This document shows, piece by piece, positions 40,949 through 51,297 of a stretch of DNA of 64,000 nt. Source of the stretch: an uncultured Gemmatimonadales bacterium (lineage in GTDB: Bacteria > Gemmatimonadota > Gemmatimonadetes > Longimicrobiales > RSA9); NCBI GenBank assembly GCA_963783305.1, contig CAWAMW010000007.1:192001-256000 (forward strand), written 5' to 3'. Within the stretch, counting starts at the first letter, position 1; each line of letters begins with the position of its first letter. The notes under the pieces were generated by a model that was not told where the DNA came from, did no database searches, and saw only the letters and a list, made by a program, of their open reading frames with translations. The position numbers and the translations under genes were made by a program.

Positions 40949-42264
40949 GCAGCGCCCCTGTGGGGTTCGACCCCGTCGAAGAAGCGATCGCCGAGATCCG
41001 CGAAGGCCGGATGGTGATCGTGGCCGATGACGAGGACCGGGAGAACGAGGGCGACCTGGTGGTTGCCGCCTCCCGGATCTCCCCGGAAACGGTCAACTTC
41101 ATGGCCCGGCACGCCCGTGGCCTGATCTGTGTCGCGCTGACCCCCGCACGGGCCGAGCAGCTGGGGCTGCCGCTCATGGCGGAGCAGAACACCGAGGCGT
41201 TCCGGACGGCCTTCACGGTAAGCGTGGACGGACACCCGCGGTTCGGCGTCACGACCGGTATCAGCGCCCGGGATCGGGCGAAGACCATCGAGCTGCTGGT
41301 GGACCCGGAGACGAAGCCGAGCGACCTGCGTCGGCCCGGGCACGTGTTCCCGCTCCGGGCGGTCCCTGGGGGCGTCCTGCGCCGCGTCGGGCAGACCGAG
41401 GCTTCCGTCGATCTCGCCCGCCTCGCCGGACTGCCCCCGGCGGGTGTGATCTGTGAGATCATGAACGAGGACGGCACCATGGCCCGGCGCCCCGAGCTGG
41501 AGCGGTTTGCCGCCGAACACGCGATCAAGTTCATCACCGTCGCCCAGATCGTTGCCTATCGCCTGACCAACGAGCGGCTCGTCCGGCGCATCGCGGAAGC
41601 CGCCATGCCCACGGAGTACGGCGAGTTCAAGGTGATGGCGTTCGAGAACCAGATCGACGGCCTGGAGCACGTCGCCATCGTGAAAGGCGACGTGGAGGGG
41701 GGCGAGGACATCCTGGTGCGGATGCACTCGGAGTGTCTCACCGGGGACGTGTTCCATTCTCAGCGCTGCGACTGCGGCCTTCAGCTGGAGGCCGCCATGC
41801 GCCAGATCGACGAGGAGGGGCGCGGTGTCATCGTCTACCTGCGACAGGAGGGCCGGGGGATCGGACTGGCGAACAAGATCCGGGCGTATGCGCTCCAGGA
41901 CACGGGCCAGGACACCGTGGAGGCGAACGAGTCGCTGGGGTTCAAGCCGGACCTGCGGGACTACGGGATCGGAGCCCAGATCCTCCTGGACCTGGGACTC
42001 AGCACCATCCGGCTGCTCACGAACAACCCGCGCAAGATCGTCGGGCTGGAAGGGTACGGCCTGCAGATTACCGGGCGGGAGCCGATCCATGTGGAGCCCA
42101 CGGCGCACAACCGGAGCTACCTGGAGACCAAGCGGACCCGACTCGGTCACATCCTGCCGGAGGCGGTCGAGCCGGCGCTCGGCGAGGAGACCACGACAGG
42201 GCGGGGCAACGGTGTGCCCGCCGCGGACGGCGATTCGGAGATGGCCGGGGAGAGGGAGGACTGA
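40945..42264 (+). CDS. ribBA: Bifunctional DHBP synthase / GTP cyclohydrolase II
   Basis: DDEDRENEGD, RPGHVFPL, RMHSECLTGD, CDCG, RQEGRGIG, TNNP. Confidence 0.96.
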   Translation: MSSAPVGFDPVEEAIAEIREGRMVIVADDEDRENEGDLVVAASRISPETVNFMARHARGLICVALTPARAEQLGLPLMAEQNTEAFRTAFTVSVDGHPRFGVTTGISARDRAKTIELLVDPETKPSDLRRPGHVFPLRAVPGGVLRRVGQTEASVDLARLAGLPPAGVICEIMNEDGTMARRPELERFAAEHAIKFITVAQIVAYRLTNERLVRRIAEAAMPTEYGEFKVMAFENQIDGLEHVAIVKGDVEGGEDILVRMHSECLTGDVFHSQRCDCGLQLEAAMRQIDEEGRGVIVYLRQEGRGIGLANKIRAYALQDTGQDTVEANESLGFKPDLRDYGIGAQILLDLGLSTIRLLTNNPRKIVGLEGYGLQITGREPIHVEPTAHNRSYLETKRTRLGHILPEAVEPALGEETTTGRGNGVPAADGDSEMAGERED

Positions 42265-42265
42265 G

Positions 42266-42739
42266 GTGGAGATCGAAGGATCGACGGACGGCGCGGGACT
42301 ACGGTTTCTGGTCGTCGTCTCGCGTTTCAACGAGACGGAGACCGAGCAGCTGCTGGAGGGAGCGATGGCGTGCCTGGTCGAGCACGGACTCCGGGAAGAC
42401 GATGTGGACGTGGTGCGGGTCCCCGGCGCGTTCGAGATCCCCGGGACGATCGGAGTGGCGCTCCGTTACGGGAGCTATGACGGGATCGTCGCCCTGGGCT
42501 GCGTGATCCGGGGTGAGACGCCCCACTTCGACTACGTGGCCGGGGAAGCCGCGCGCGGCGTGCAGGAGCTGGCGGTGCGGCACGATGTCCCCATCGGGTT
42601 CGGCGTGCTGACCACGGACACGCGGGAGCAGGCGCTGGCGCGGGCTGGCGGTCCGCGCGGCAACAAGGGCCGGGACGCGGCTCTGACCACGCTGGAAATG
42701 GTGCACCTGTATCGGGGATTGCGACCGGATGCGCGATAG
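42266..42739 (+). CDS. ribH: 6,7-dimethyl-8-ribityllumazine synthase
   Basis: SRFN, VPGAFEIP, GCVIRGETPHFDY, NKG. Confidence 0.95.
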   Translation: MEIEGSTDGAGLRFLVVVSRFNETETEQLLEGAMACLVEHGLREDDVDVVRVPGAFEIPGTIGVALRYGSYDGIVALGCVIRGETPHFDYVAGEAARGVQELAVRHDVPIGFGVLTTDTREQALARAGGPRGNKGRDAALTTLEMVHLYRGLRPDAR

Positions 42740-43142
42740 AAGCAAGGCACGGGCGTGGGGACTGCGCGTCCTCTACGCCTGGGACTCCCGCAGCGACGCG
42801 GAGCTGGCCGTAGTCCTGGATGAGTTCCTCACGCGGCGGCGCATCGCGCCCGATCGCCGAGAGTACGTGCGGCGCCTGGTGACCCACGTGGCGGAGGACC
42901 GAGAGGGCCTGGATGGCGCCATCCAGGAGAGCCTCACCAACTGGCGCTTCGAACGGCTATCCGTCATTGACCGGAACATCCTCCGCCTCGCCGCGGCGGA
43001 GATGCTCCACATGGAGGACATCCCTCCACGCGTCTCCATCCAGGAGGCGCTGAACCTGGCCGAGCGCTACGGCACCGACCAGAGCCCCCGCTTCATCAAC
43101 GGCGTTCTGGACGCGCTGATGCGGCGCATCGGACGGGGATGA
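42729..43142 (+). CDS. nusB: Transcription antitermination factor NusB
   Basis: NWRFERL, IDRNILR, FINGVLD; ribH-nusB synteny. Confidence 0.93.
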   Translation: MRDRSKARAWGLRVLYAWDSRSDAELAVVLDEFLTRRRIAPDRREYVRRLVTHVAEDREGLDGAIQESLTNWRFERLSVIDRNILRLAAAEMLHMEDIPPRVSIQEALNLAERYGTDQSPRFINGVLDALMRRIGRG

Positions 43143-44245
43143 ACCTGCTCGTCCTCAACTGGCAGGACCGGCTCAACCCCCAGGCCGGAGGTGCGGAGAC
43201 GCATCTCCACGAGATCTTTGGACGTCTGGCCGGGCGCGGCCATCAGGTGACGCTGCTCGTTTCCGGCTGGGCTGGCGCCGCGGCGCGGGACGATGTGGAC
43301 GGGATGGAGGTGCATCGGGCCGGCGGGCGCTATACATTCAGCCTTGCCGCCCCGGCCTACTACCGCGCGCGGCTCCGGACCCGCACGTTCGACGTCATCG
43401 TGGAGGATCTGAACAAGGTTCCGCTGCTGTCGCCGCTCTGGGCCGAGCCGCCGGTGGCGCTGCTGGCGCACCACCTGTTCGGGATCACGGCATTCCAGGA
43501 GGCGTCCCCCCCGCTGGCGGCCGCCACGTGGCTCCTGGAGCGGCCTCTTGGACGGGTGTACCGGTCCGTGCCGACGATGGCGGTGTCGCGGAGCACGGCC
43601 CACGATCTGGGCGAGCGAGGGCTGCCCGAGGAAAGGATCGCCGTGATCCCCAACGGCGTGGACCTGGATCGCTTCACTCCTGCGGCGGAGCGATTCGACG
43701 CTCCCACACTCCTGTACCTGGGGCGGCTCAAGCGGTACAAGCGGGTGGATCTACCGATCCGGGCTGTCGCGGCGCTACGCTCCGAGGGCGTGGACGTGCG
43801 CCTGATCGTGGCCGGGACCGGGGACGCGGCCGAGCCGCTGCGCGCACTGGTTCGCGAGCTGGGCGTGGGTGATGCGGTGGAGTTTCGGGGGTTCGTGAGT
43901 GAGGAGGAGAAACGGGAGCTGTTCCGCCGCGCCTGGGTGCACGTACTGACCTCGCCCAAGGAAGGGTGGGGGATCACGAACCTCGAGGCCGCGGCGTGTG
44001 GGACGCCGACGATCGCCAGCGATTCGCCGGGTCTGCGCGATTCCGTGGTGGACGGGGAGACGGGTTTCCTGGTCCCCCACGGGGACGTGGCGCGGCTCGC
44101 GGACCGGATCCGGTTGTTGATCGGCGATGAGGCGCTTCGTGAGCGGCTGGGCCGGGAGGCTCGCCAGTTCGCCCAGCGCTTCACCTGGGAGGGGGCCGCG
44201 ACCGATACGGAGTCGTTCCTTACGGAGGTTGCTGCTTCCGACTGA
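43139..44245 (+). CDS. Glycosyltransferase family 4
   Basis: GGAE, PNGVD, GRL..YK, EGWGITNLEAAACG. Confidence 0.9.
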   Translation: MNLLVLNWQDRLNPQAGGAETHLHEIFGRLAGRGHQVTLLVSGWAGAAARDDVDGMEVHRAGGRYTFSLAAPAYYRARLRTRTFDVIVEDLNKVPLLSPLWAEPPVALLAHHLFGITAFQEASPPLAAATWLLERPLGRVYRSVPTMAVSRSTAHDLGERGLPEERIAVIPNGVDLDRFTPAAERFDAPTLLYLGRLKRYKRVDLPIRAVAALRSEGVDVRLIVAGTGDAAEPLRALVRELGVGDAVEFRGFVSEEEKRELFRRAWVHVLTSPKEGWGITNLEAAACGTPTIASDSPGLRDSVVDGETGFLVPHGDVARLADRIRLLIGDEALRERLGREARQFAQRFTWEGAATDTESFLTEVAASD

Positions 44246-44268
44246 AGCTCATTTAACGGGGGGGGAGC

Positions 44269-44592
44269 ATGGACGTTCGCATCACGACCCGGCACGTAGA
44301 CTTGAGCGAGAGCTTCATGGCGCACGTGGGGGAGCGTACGCGCAAACTCACCAAGTACGAGCCGCGACTGATCGCGGTCGACCTGCTGTTCGATGGCGAT
44401 CACGGCAAGCTCGCGACGGAAGCGCGTGCTACGGTCCCGGGTCGCCCGCCGTCCATCGCACGGGGTGCGGCCGAGGACCCTCGCGCATCCCTGGACGAAG
44501 CGTTGAAGAAGCTGGGTCGGCAGCTCCGCCGCGAGCGGAAGAAGCGGGTGGACCACCAGGCACCTCCGCCTGTGGTGGTGGTCGAGGACTGA
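44269..44592 (+). CDS. hpf: Ribosome hibernation factor (HPF/RaiA, short form)
   Basis: ITTRHVDLS...KLTKY...KKLGRQLRR; upstream of hprK. Confidence 0.85.
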   Translation: MDVRITTRHVDLSESFMAHVGERTRKLTKYEPRLIAVDLLFDGDHGKLATEARATVPGRPPSIARGAAEDPRASLDEALKKLGRQLRRERKKRVDHQAPPPVVVVED

Positions 44593-44604
44593 ACCGGAGA
44601 CGCC

Positions 44605-45567
44605 GTGCAGACGAAGCTGACCGTAGAGGAGCTCTACGCCGACAAGCGAGAGGCGCTGGGCATCGAGCTCCTCACACCCAACCTGTCCCTCTCGGGGGCG
44701 ATCGAGGGGCCGAGCCTGTCGAGTCCCGGGCTCATCCTGACCGGGTTCAACGAGAGAATGCCCAAGGGTCGGCTCCAGGTGCTGGGTGAGACGGAGGTGT
44801 CGTACATCCGGTCGCTGGAACCGGACGAGCTGAAGACCGTGCTTTCCCGCCTCTTCGGCCTCAGCATGCCGGCGCTGGTGATCACCAAGGGGCTGAAGGT
44901 GCCCGAGCCTCTGCTGAAGGAAGCGGTGGCCCGGGGCGTGCCGGTGCTGCGCACCTCGCTCAAGACGGGCGACTTCTACCGGCGGCTCCAGCCGTACCTG
45001 GAAGGCATGTTCGCGCCCACCACCACCATGCACGGCTCGCTGGCGGACGTGTATGGTGTGGGGCTGCTCTTCGTCGGCCGGAGCGGGATCGGGAAGAGCG
45101 AGTGTGTGCTGGACCTGGTGGAGCGGGGTCATCGGCTGGTGGCCGACGATCTGGTCTATGTCAGCAAGCGCGGTAACGACGTCCTGATCGCGCGGGGTCA
45201 CGAGCTCCAGCGGCACCACATGGAGATCCGGGGCATCGGGATCATCGATATCCCGGCGCTGTTCGGGATCCGGTCGATCCGGCAGCAGAAGCGGATCGAG
45301 GTGGTGGTTCGGCTCGTGGACTGGAACGAGCGAGAGGCGTACGAGCGGACCGGGCTGGAGTCGGAGCAGATCGACATCCTGGACGTAAACATTCCGCAGG
45401 TGACCGTCCCGCTGAACCCCGGAAAGAACATCACGGTGATCTCCGAAGTGATCGCGATGAACCACCTCCTGAAGTACTCGGGCGTGCATTCTGCCGAGCT
45501 CTTCAATGCGAGTCTGCAGGCGGCGATGCGCCCGGTGCGAGACTACCTCGAGGAGGACTATGAGTGA
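44605..45567 (+). CDS. hprK: HPr(Ser) kinase/phosphorylase
   Basis: HGSL, GRSGIGKSE, LVADD, EIRGIGII. Confidence 0.96.
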   Translation: MQTKLTVEELYADKREALGIELLTPNLSLSGAIEGPSLSSPGLILTGFNERMPKGRLQVLGETEVSYIRSLEPDELKTVLSRLFGLSMPALVITKGLKVPEPLLKEAVARGVPVLRTSLKTGDFYRRLQPYLEGMFAPTTTMHGSLADVYGVGLLFVGRSGIGKSECVLDLVERGHRLVADDLVYVSKRGNDVLIARGHELQRHHMEIRGIGIIDIPALFGIRSIRQQKRIEVVVRLVDWNEREAYERTGLESEQIDILDVNIPQVTVPLNPGKNITVISEVIAMNHLLKYSGVHSAELFNASLQAAMRPVRDYLEEDYE

Positions 45568-45955
45568 CGGTGTCCGCGGTATCGTCGTGGCGCACGCAGA
45601 CCTGGCCCGGGCCCTGATCGAGGCGGTGGACCGCATCGTGGGCCTGGAGGATGGCGTGCTCACCGCGGTCAGCAACGAGGGGCTCGGTCCCACCGGAATC
45701 CGCGAGCGACTGGCGGAGGCCGCGGGAAGCGGCCCGGCCGTGGTCTTCACGGATCTGCGGGAGGGCAGCTGCGGCATGGCCGCGCGCCAGATCTGCGTCC
45801 GTGGCGAGCACCAGATCCTGGTCACGGGAGTCAACCTTCCAATGCTTCTCGATTTCGCCATGAACCGACACCGCCCCCTCGACGAGGTGGTGGAGCGGGT
45901 GCTGGACCGGGGCAAGGGCGGGATCCAGCGGGTGCCGGAGCGGCTGCCGTCATGA
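45560..45955 (+). CDS. PTS mannose-family EIIA
   Basis: IVVAH phospho-His, TDL..GS, GVNLPMLL. Confidence 0.85.
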   Translation: MSDGVRGIVVAHADLARALIEAVDRIVGLEDGVLTAVSNEGLGPTGIRERLAEAAGSGPAVVFTDLREGSCGMAARQICVRGEHQILVTGVNLPMLLDFAMNRHRPLDEVVERVLDRGKGGIQRVPERLPS

Positions 45956-46437
45956 CGGTCGTGCTCTTCCGGATCGATGAGCGCCTGATCCACGGCCAGG
46001 TCGTGCTGGGGTGGGGTGGGCGACTTCATCCGGAGCGCATCGTGGTCGTGGACGACGAGCTGGCGGGCTCTCCGTGGGAGCAGGAGCTCTACACCATGGG
46101 GGTGCCCGTGGGAGTGGAGGCCGGGTTCGCCACCGTGGAGGAGGCGGTGAGGTTGCTTCCCGGCTGGCTTTCGGGGTCCGAACGGGTGGTGCTGTTGACT
46201 CGGGATATCGCCACCATGAACCGGGTCGCCGCGAGCGGTCTGCTGCGGGGCGAGGAGATCAACATCGGCGGCATTCACCACGGACCTGGTCGCAGCCGCG
46301 TGCTGCGGTATGTCTTCCTGAGCGATCAGGAGAGGGAAGGGCTACTCGAGCTGTCGGGGCGCGGCGCCACGGTCGTTGCGCGGGACGTACCGAGCGCCCG
46401 GGGCGTGGGGCTCGACGAACTGGTGGACGGCCCATGA
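45952..46437 (+). CDS. PTS mannose-family EIIB
   Basis: RIDERLIHGQV signature, INIGG. Confidence 0.92.
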   Translation: MTVVLFRIDERLIHGQVVLGWGGRLHPERIVVVDDELAGSPWEQELYTMGVPVGVEAGFATVEEAVRLLPGWLSGSERVVLLTRDIATMNRVAASGLLRGEEINIGGIHHGPGRSRVLRYVFLSDQEREGLLELSGRGATVVARDVPSARGVGLDELVDGP

Positions 46438-47126
46438 TTTCGTGGGTCGTGCTCGGGCTGCTCGGGGGTCTGGTCGGCCTGGACGGGACCTCGTTTCCGC
46501 AGGTGATGATCTCGCGCCCCCTGGTGTCGGGAACGCTCGCGGGCGCCGTTTTCGGTCGGCCCCTGGAGGGTCTCGTGATCGGCTTCATCCTGGAGACCTT
46601 CTCGCTGATCAGCCTGCCGATCGGCGCGGCTCGATACCCGGAGACCGGCACGGCGGCGGTGGCGGCGACCGGGGCGTACATGGCCGCCGTGGGTCCGGGG
46701 CTCGCGGCCGGAGCGGAGCCAGGGGTCGCCGCCGGGGCACTCGTGATCGCGGTGGCGTTCGGCTTCGCATGGGAGTGGGTGGCGGGGGAGACCGTGGTGC
46801 TCCAGCGTCGGAGCAACGGTCAGTTGCTGACGCGGCAGGGGACGTTGGGCGGCGACCAGCTGCAGAGAGCGCATATCTCGGCCATGAGCATGGATTTCGC
46901 CCGGGGCGCCATCGTGGCGTCCACCGGCGCGCTCACCGGGTACGGTCTCCTGTGGGTGCTCGGCGGGGAGTGGGGTCTTCCCCGCACGGCGACACTCGGT
47001 GTTCTCACGCTGCTGGTCGCGACGATGGTGGGCACGACCCTGCCCCTGTTCGGCGGGGCCCGCGCACGACGTATTTCATGGGCGCTGGGCGTCGCGGTGG
47101 GGCTCGCCCTGGTGGTCCTCACGTGA
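46434..47126 (+). CDS. PTS mannose-family EIIC
   Basis: QVMISRPLV, PIGA..P; multiple TM helices. Confidence 0.85.
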   Translation: MISWVVLGLLGGLVGLDGTSFPQVMISRPLVSGTLAGAVFGRPLEGLVIGFILETFSLISLPIGAARYPETGTAAVAATGAYMAAVGPGLAAGAEPGVAAGALVIAVAFGFAWEWVAGETVVLQRRSNGQLLTRQGTLGGDQLQRAHISAMSMDFARGAIVASTGALTGYGLLWVLGGEWGLPRTATLGVLTLLVATMVGTTLPLFGGARARRISWALGVAVGLALVVLT

Positions 47127-47908
47127 GCGGCACCGGCGACGGCAGCGCTCCGAAGACGGCGGCCGATCGGCGACCCCCGCTCGTCTCGATCCTCTTCCGT
47201 GCGCTGGCGGTGCAGGGGTCCTGGAACTACGAGACACTTGCCGGGACGGGCTTCGCGTTCGTGATCCTGCCGGCGCTCCGGCGGATGCACGGCGGCGACG
47301 AGAAGGCCGTGGAAGAAGCGCTGCGGCGCCACGAGGTGCCGTTCAACAGCCATCCCTACCTGGCGCCACTGGCGATCGGCGCTGTGATACGGATGGAGGA
47401 AGATGCGGAGGACCCGGCGGTAATCGATCGCTTCAAGGCGGCGCTGCGCGGCTCACTCGGCACGCTGGGCGACCAGCTGGTGTGGGCGGGCTGGCGGCCC
47501 GTATGCCTGCTGGCCGCGCTCGTCCTTCTGCTGGTCGGTGTTTCGTGGTGGGGGGCGCTGTTGACGTTCCTCCTGGTATACAACCTGGGTCATGTGGGGA
47601 TGATGTACTGGGGTCTATCGGTGGGACTGTCGGAAGGCCGTGCCGTGGCGGAGCGCCTGCGCGGCACGGTACGGAGCACGCAGCCGAGACTCATGGCCGC
47701 CGGCGCCTTCCTGGCGGGTTTGGTCATGGTGCTGGTGGTGGTGGACGGCGTGCCGGGGCTCCTGTTCGATCCTGGCTGGCTCTGGGCCGTGGCGGCGGTG
47801 GGGTGCGTGGCCGTGGGCGCCCGCTGGGGGGAGAGGGCCCGCCCGTTGGCGGTGGGTGGCGCCGTAGCGCTCGCGGTGATCGGTGTGCTCGCGGGGGTGA
47901 TCAGGTGA
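47123..47908 (+). CDS. PTS mannose-family EIID
   Basis: QGSWNYE, FNSHPY, LGTLGDQLVW. Confidence 0.88.
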   Translation: MSGTGDGSAPKTAADRRPPLVSILFRALAVQGSWNYETLAGTGFAFVILPALRRMHGGDEKAVEEALRRHEVPFNSHPYLAPLAIGAVIRMEEDAEDPAVIDRFKAALRGSLGTLGDQLVWAGWRPVCLLAALVLLLVGVSWWGALLTFLLVYNLGHVGMMYWGLSVGLSEGRAVAERLRGTVRSTQPRLMAAGAFLAGLVMVLVVVDGVPGLLFDPGWLWAVAAVGCVAVGARWGERARPLAVGGAVALAVIGVLAGVIR

Positions 47909-48177
47909 GCGAGATCGAGCGCAGCGTCGTGATCCAGAACAAGTACGGTCTGCACGCCCGTCCCGCCGCGGAGTTCGTGAAGGCGGCGCATTCGTTCGAC
48001 TGTGATATCCAGGTCCTCAAGGGCGACCTGGAAGTGAACGGGAAGAGCATAATGGGCATGATGATGCTGGCTGCGGAGCGGGGCGCGGAGATCGTCATCC
48101 GCACGTCGGGACCCGAGGCCGACGCGGCGATGGAGAAGCTCGTGGGGCTCGTCACCAACCGGTTCGGGGAGGAATAG
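47905..48177 (+). CDS. ptsH: Phosphocarrier HPr
   Basis: GLHARPAA (His15) and GKSIMG (Ser46). Confidence 0.95.
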   Translation: MSEIERSVVIQNKYGLHARPAAEFVKAAHSFDCDIQVLKGDLEVNGKSIMGMMMLAAERGAEIVIRTSGPEADAAMEKLVGLVTNRFGEE

Positions 48178-48178
48178 C

Positions 48179-49966
48179 GTGGGCAAGCGACACGTCTGTG
48201 ACGGCACGCCCGCGTCGCCGGGGATCGTAATCGGTCCTGCGCACATCGTGCTGTGGGAGCGCCCGAAGATCCCGCATCACACCATCTCGGTGGACGAGGT
48301 GGAGAGCGAGATTCAGCGGTTCCGGGACTCCCGGGTGGCCACGCGGGAGCGACTCACGGAGATCAAGGAGCGGACCGCCGATCGGCTGGGTCCGGTGGAG
48401 GCGCAGATCTTCGAGCCGCAGCTCATGATGCTCGATGATGCCGACCTGGTGGACGACGTGGAGAGTTATATCCGCGAAAACCACCTGTCGGCGGCGCGTG
48501 CCCTCGAGCTGAGGATGCTGGAGTTCCAGTCCCGCTGGCGTGACACGGGCCACCCCATGGTCATGGACCGGCTGAACGACCTGGTGGACCTCGAGACCCG
48601 GATCGTGCGGCACCTCATGGGCCTGGGCGATCCGGATGGTGTCCTGGAGGGTATAGCGGAGCCGGCGATCCTCGTGGGGCGGGACCTGACGCCCAGCATC
48701 ACCGTTCAGCTCGATCCAAAGCGGGTACTGGGCCTGGCGATGGACGCCGGCACCCGAACCTCCCATTCCGCCATTCTCGCCCGCGCACTGGAGATCCCCG
48801 CGGTGGTGGGACTCTCTGATCTCGCGAGCTCCGTGGAAGAGGGAGACGAGCTGATCCTGGACGGACGCGCCGGTCGGGTCATCGCCTGCCCGGAGGACCG
48901 GGAGCGGAACGTGTACCGGGAGCGGGACATCCAGGCACGGGAGTGGGAGCAGGAGCTGGTGCTGCTCGCGCACCTGGATGCCGTGACGCCGGACCGGCAG
49001 AAGGTGCTGCTCCGCGCCAACATCGACATGCCGGGCGAGGCGCGGAGTGCGCGGGAGCACGGGGCCGAGGGGATTGGACTGTTCCGTACCGAGTTTCTCG
49101 TGGTGGGGCGCCGCTCGCTCCCCGAAGAGGAGGCGCAGTACCAGGCGTATCGGGAGGTCGCCGAGACGTTTCCCACGGAGACGGTCATCATTCGCACGTT
49201 CGATCTGGGTGGCGACAAGTTCCCGCTCTTCCTCAACATGCCACCCGAGGAGAACCCCTATCTTGGATGGCGGGCGATCCGTGTATGTCTCGACATGCCG
49301 GAGCTCTTCCGCACGCACCTCCGGGCCATGCTGAGGGCGACCGTCCACGGTGACCTCCGGATCATGCTGCCCCTGATCAACGACCTGAGCGAGCTCCGGG
49401 AGACGCGTCGCATCCTCGAGGAAGAGGAGGACCGGCTCAACTCCGATGGAATCCCCTTCAACGCGGGGTACAAGCTGGGCGTGATGATCGAGACGCCCGC
49501 GGCCGCGATCTCGGCGCCGCGGCTCGCGCGCTATGCCGATTTCTTCTCCATCGGCACAAACGACCTGACGCAGTACACACTCGCGGTGGATCGCAACAAC
49601 TCGAAGCTCTCCAGCCGCTTCACGCCCTATCATCCCGCCGTGCTCGAGTTGCTGCGGCGAACGGCCGACGCAGGGCGCGGCGCCGGCCTCGAGGTCAGCG
49701 TATGCGGAGAGCTCGCCTCGAGTCCACTGGGCGCGTACCTGCTCCTCGGCCTCGGCATCACCGCCCTCAGTATGGCTCCCACGGCACTTCCGGAGATCAA
49801 GAAGGTGATCCGTACCGTCCCCGCCTCCCACGCCCGCGAGACCGTCGCACGGGCCCTGGACGCGCCCGACGCGGCCACCGTTCGGGACATCCTGAGCGAC
49901 GGACTCGGCGAGTGGCTCGACCTGTCGCTCTTCTCCGGCCGCTGGACCGTGTCCGAGCCGGAGTAG
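48179..49966 (+). CDS. ptsI: PTS enzyme I
   Basis: TSHSAILAR, GLFRTEF, NPYLGWRAIR, MIETP, SIGTNDL, CGE. Confidence 0.95.
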   Translation: MGKRHVCDGTPASPGIVIGPAHIVLWERPKIPHHTISVDEVESEIQRFRDSRVATRERLTEIKERTADRLGPVEAQIFEPQLMMLDDADLVDDVESYIRENHLSAARALELRMLEFQSRWRDTGHPMVMDRLNDLVDLETRIVRHLMGLGDPDGVLEGIAEPAILVGRDLTPSITVQLDPKRVLGLAMDAGTRTSHSAILARALEIPAVVGLSDLASSVEEGDELILDGRAGRVIACPEDRERNVYRERDIQAREWEQELVLLAHLDAVTPDRQKVLLRANIDMPGEARSAREHGAEGIGLFRTEFLVVGRRSLPEEEAQYQAYREVAETFPTETVIIRTFDLGGDKFPLFLNMPPEENPYLGWRAIRVCLDMPELFRTHLRAMLRATVHGDLRIMLPLINDLSELRETRRILEEEEDRLNSDGIPFNAGYKLGVMIETPAAAISAPRLARYADFFSIGTNDLTQYTLAVDRNNSKLSSRFTPYHPAVLELLRRTADAGRGAGLEVSVCGELASSPLGAYLLLGLGITALSMAPTALPEIKKVIRTVPASHARETVARALDAPDAATVRDILSDGLGEWLDLSLFSGRWTVSEPE

Positions 49967-50014
49967 CCCTGGACTGGACTCCCACGGACGCGATCCCCGA
50001 ACCCGAAAGGCCCC

Positions 50015-51190
50015 GTGGCCACACACCTCTTCACATCCGAGTCCGTCACTGAGGGTCATCCGGACAAGCTGGCCGACCAGATCAGTGACAGGATCCTGGA
50101 CGCCGTGCTGGCGCAGGATCCGCAGGGGCGGGTGGCGTGCGAGGTCCTCGTCACCACAGGGCTCGTGATCGTGGCCGGGGAGGTCACCAGCTCCGTTTCG
50201 CCCGACTACGCGGCGCTGGCGCGGGGGGCCATCGCGTCGGTGGGATACACCGACGCGACCTGGGGGATCGCGGCCGACACGTGCGGCGTCATGGTCTCCG
50301 TGGACCGGCAATCGCCGGACATCAGCCAGGGCGTGGACCCGGGCGGCGCCGGGGACCAGGGGATGATGTTCGGCTACGCGGTGGACGAGACGCCCGAGCT
50401 CATGCCGGCGCCGATTCAACTCTCGCACAAGCTGACCGCCCGTCTGGCCGAGGCGCGCCGGGATGGCACGCTGCCGTGGCTCCGGCCGGATGGCAAGGCG
50501 CAGGTCACGGTGGAATACGAGGGCGACCGGGCGATCCGGATCGAGACCGTCGTCGTAAGCACCCAGCACGCAGCGGATGTGACTCTCGACCAGGTCAGGG
50601 AGGGCGTCCTGGAGGAGGTCATCGTGCCGTCGCTCCCGGAGGAGCTCTTCGACCGCGACCACTGCATCTTCCACGTGAATCCCACCGGCCGATTCGTGGT
50701 GGGGGGACCGCATGGCGATGCCGGTCTCACGGGCCGCAAGATCATCGTGGACACTTATGGCGGCGCCGGCCGGCACGGCGGCGGCGCGTTCAGCGGCAAG
50801 GACCCGACGAAGGTCGACCGCTCGGGCGCATACGCCGCGCGCTGGGCGGCCAAGAACGTGGTCGCCGCGGGGATCGCACGCCGCTGCGAGATCCAGCTCG
50901 CCTACGCCATCGGGGTGCCCGAGCCGGTCTCCATTCACGTGGACACCTTCGGCACCGGCCGGGTGGCGGACGAGGCGATCGCACGGGCGCTCCGGCAGGT
51001 CTTCGACTTCCGGCCCCGGGCCATCATCGAGAGCCTCGGACTCGACCAGCCCATCTACCAGCCGACCGCCGCGGGCGGCCACTTCGGCCGCATGCCGGAG
51101 CGCAGGGAGGTGTACGGTCGGAGCGTGCAGCTGTTCCCGTGGGAGCGGGCCGATCGGACGGACGCGCTGCGGGAAGCCATGGGCGAATGA
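50015..51190 (+). CDS. metK: S-adenosylmethionine synthetase
   Basis: [28 protein letters not shown]. Confidence 0.97.
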   Translation: MATHLFTSESVTEGHPDKLADQISDRILDAVLAQDPQGRVACEVLVTTGLVIVAGEVTSSVSPDYAALARGAIASVGYTDATWGIAADTCGVMVSVDRQSPDISQGVDPGGAGDQGMMFGYAVDETPELMPAPIQLSHKLTARLAEARRDGTLPWLRPDGKAQVTVEYEGDRAIRIETVVVSTQHAADVTLDQVREGVLEEVIVPSLPEELFDRDHCIFHVNPTGRFVVGGPHGDAGLTGRKIIVDTYGGAGRHGGGAFSGKDPTKVDRSGAYAARWAAKNVVAAGIARRCEIQLAYAIGVPEPVSIHVDTFGTGRVADEAIARALRQVFDFRPRAIIESLGLDQPIYQPTAAGGHFGRMPERREVYGRSVQLFPWERADRTDALREAMGE

Positions 51191-51297
51191 CCATGGGCAC
51201 CATCGGATTCGATCCTCGATCCTGGCCGCTCCGGTGAACCCGAGGCGGCGAGCGGAGTACCATCAGCCGTGCAAGCATTTCAGCCCGTGAGGTCTCG

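Noticed and set aside
43360..46281. 973-aa minus-strand ORF (likewise 48152-51082, 2088-4400, 11621-13693 and many others)
   Set aside because: Antisense shadows of well-supported plus-strand genes; high GC suppresses stop codons and no family motifs are present.
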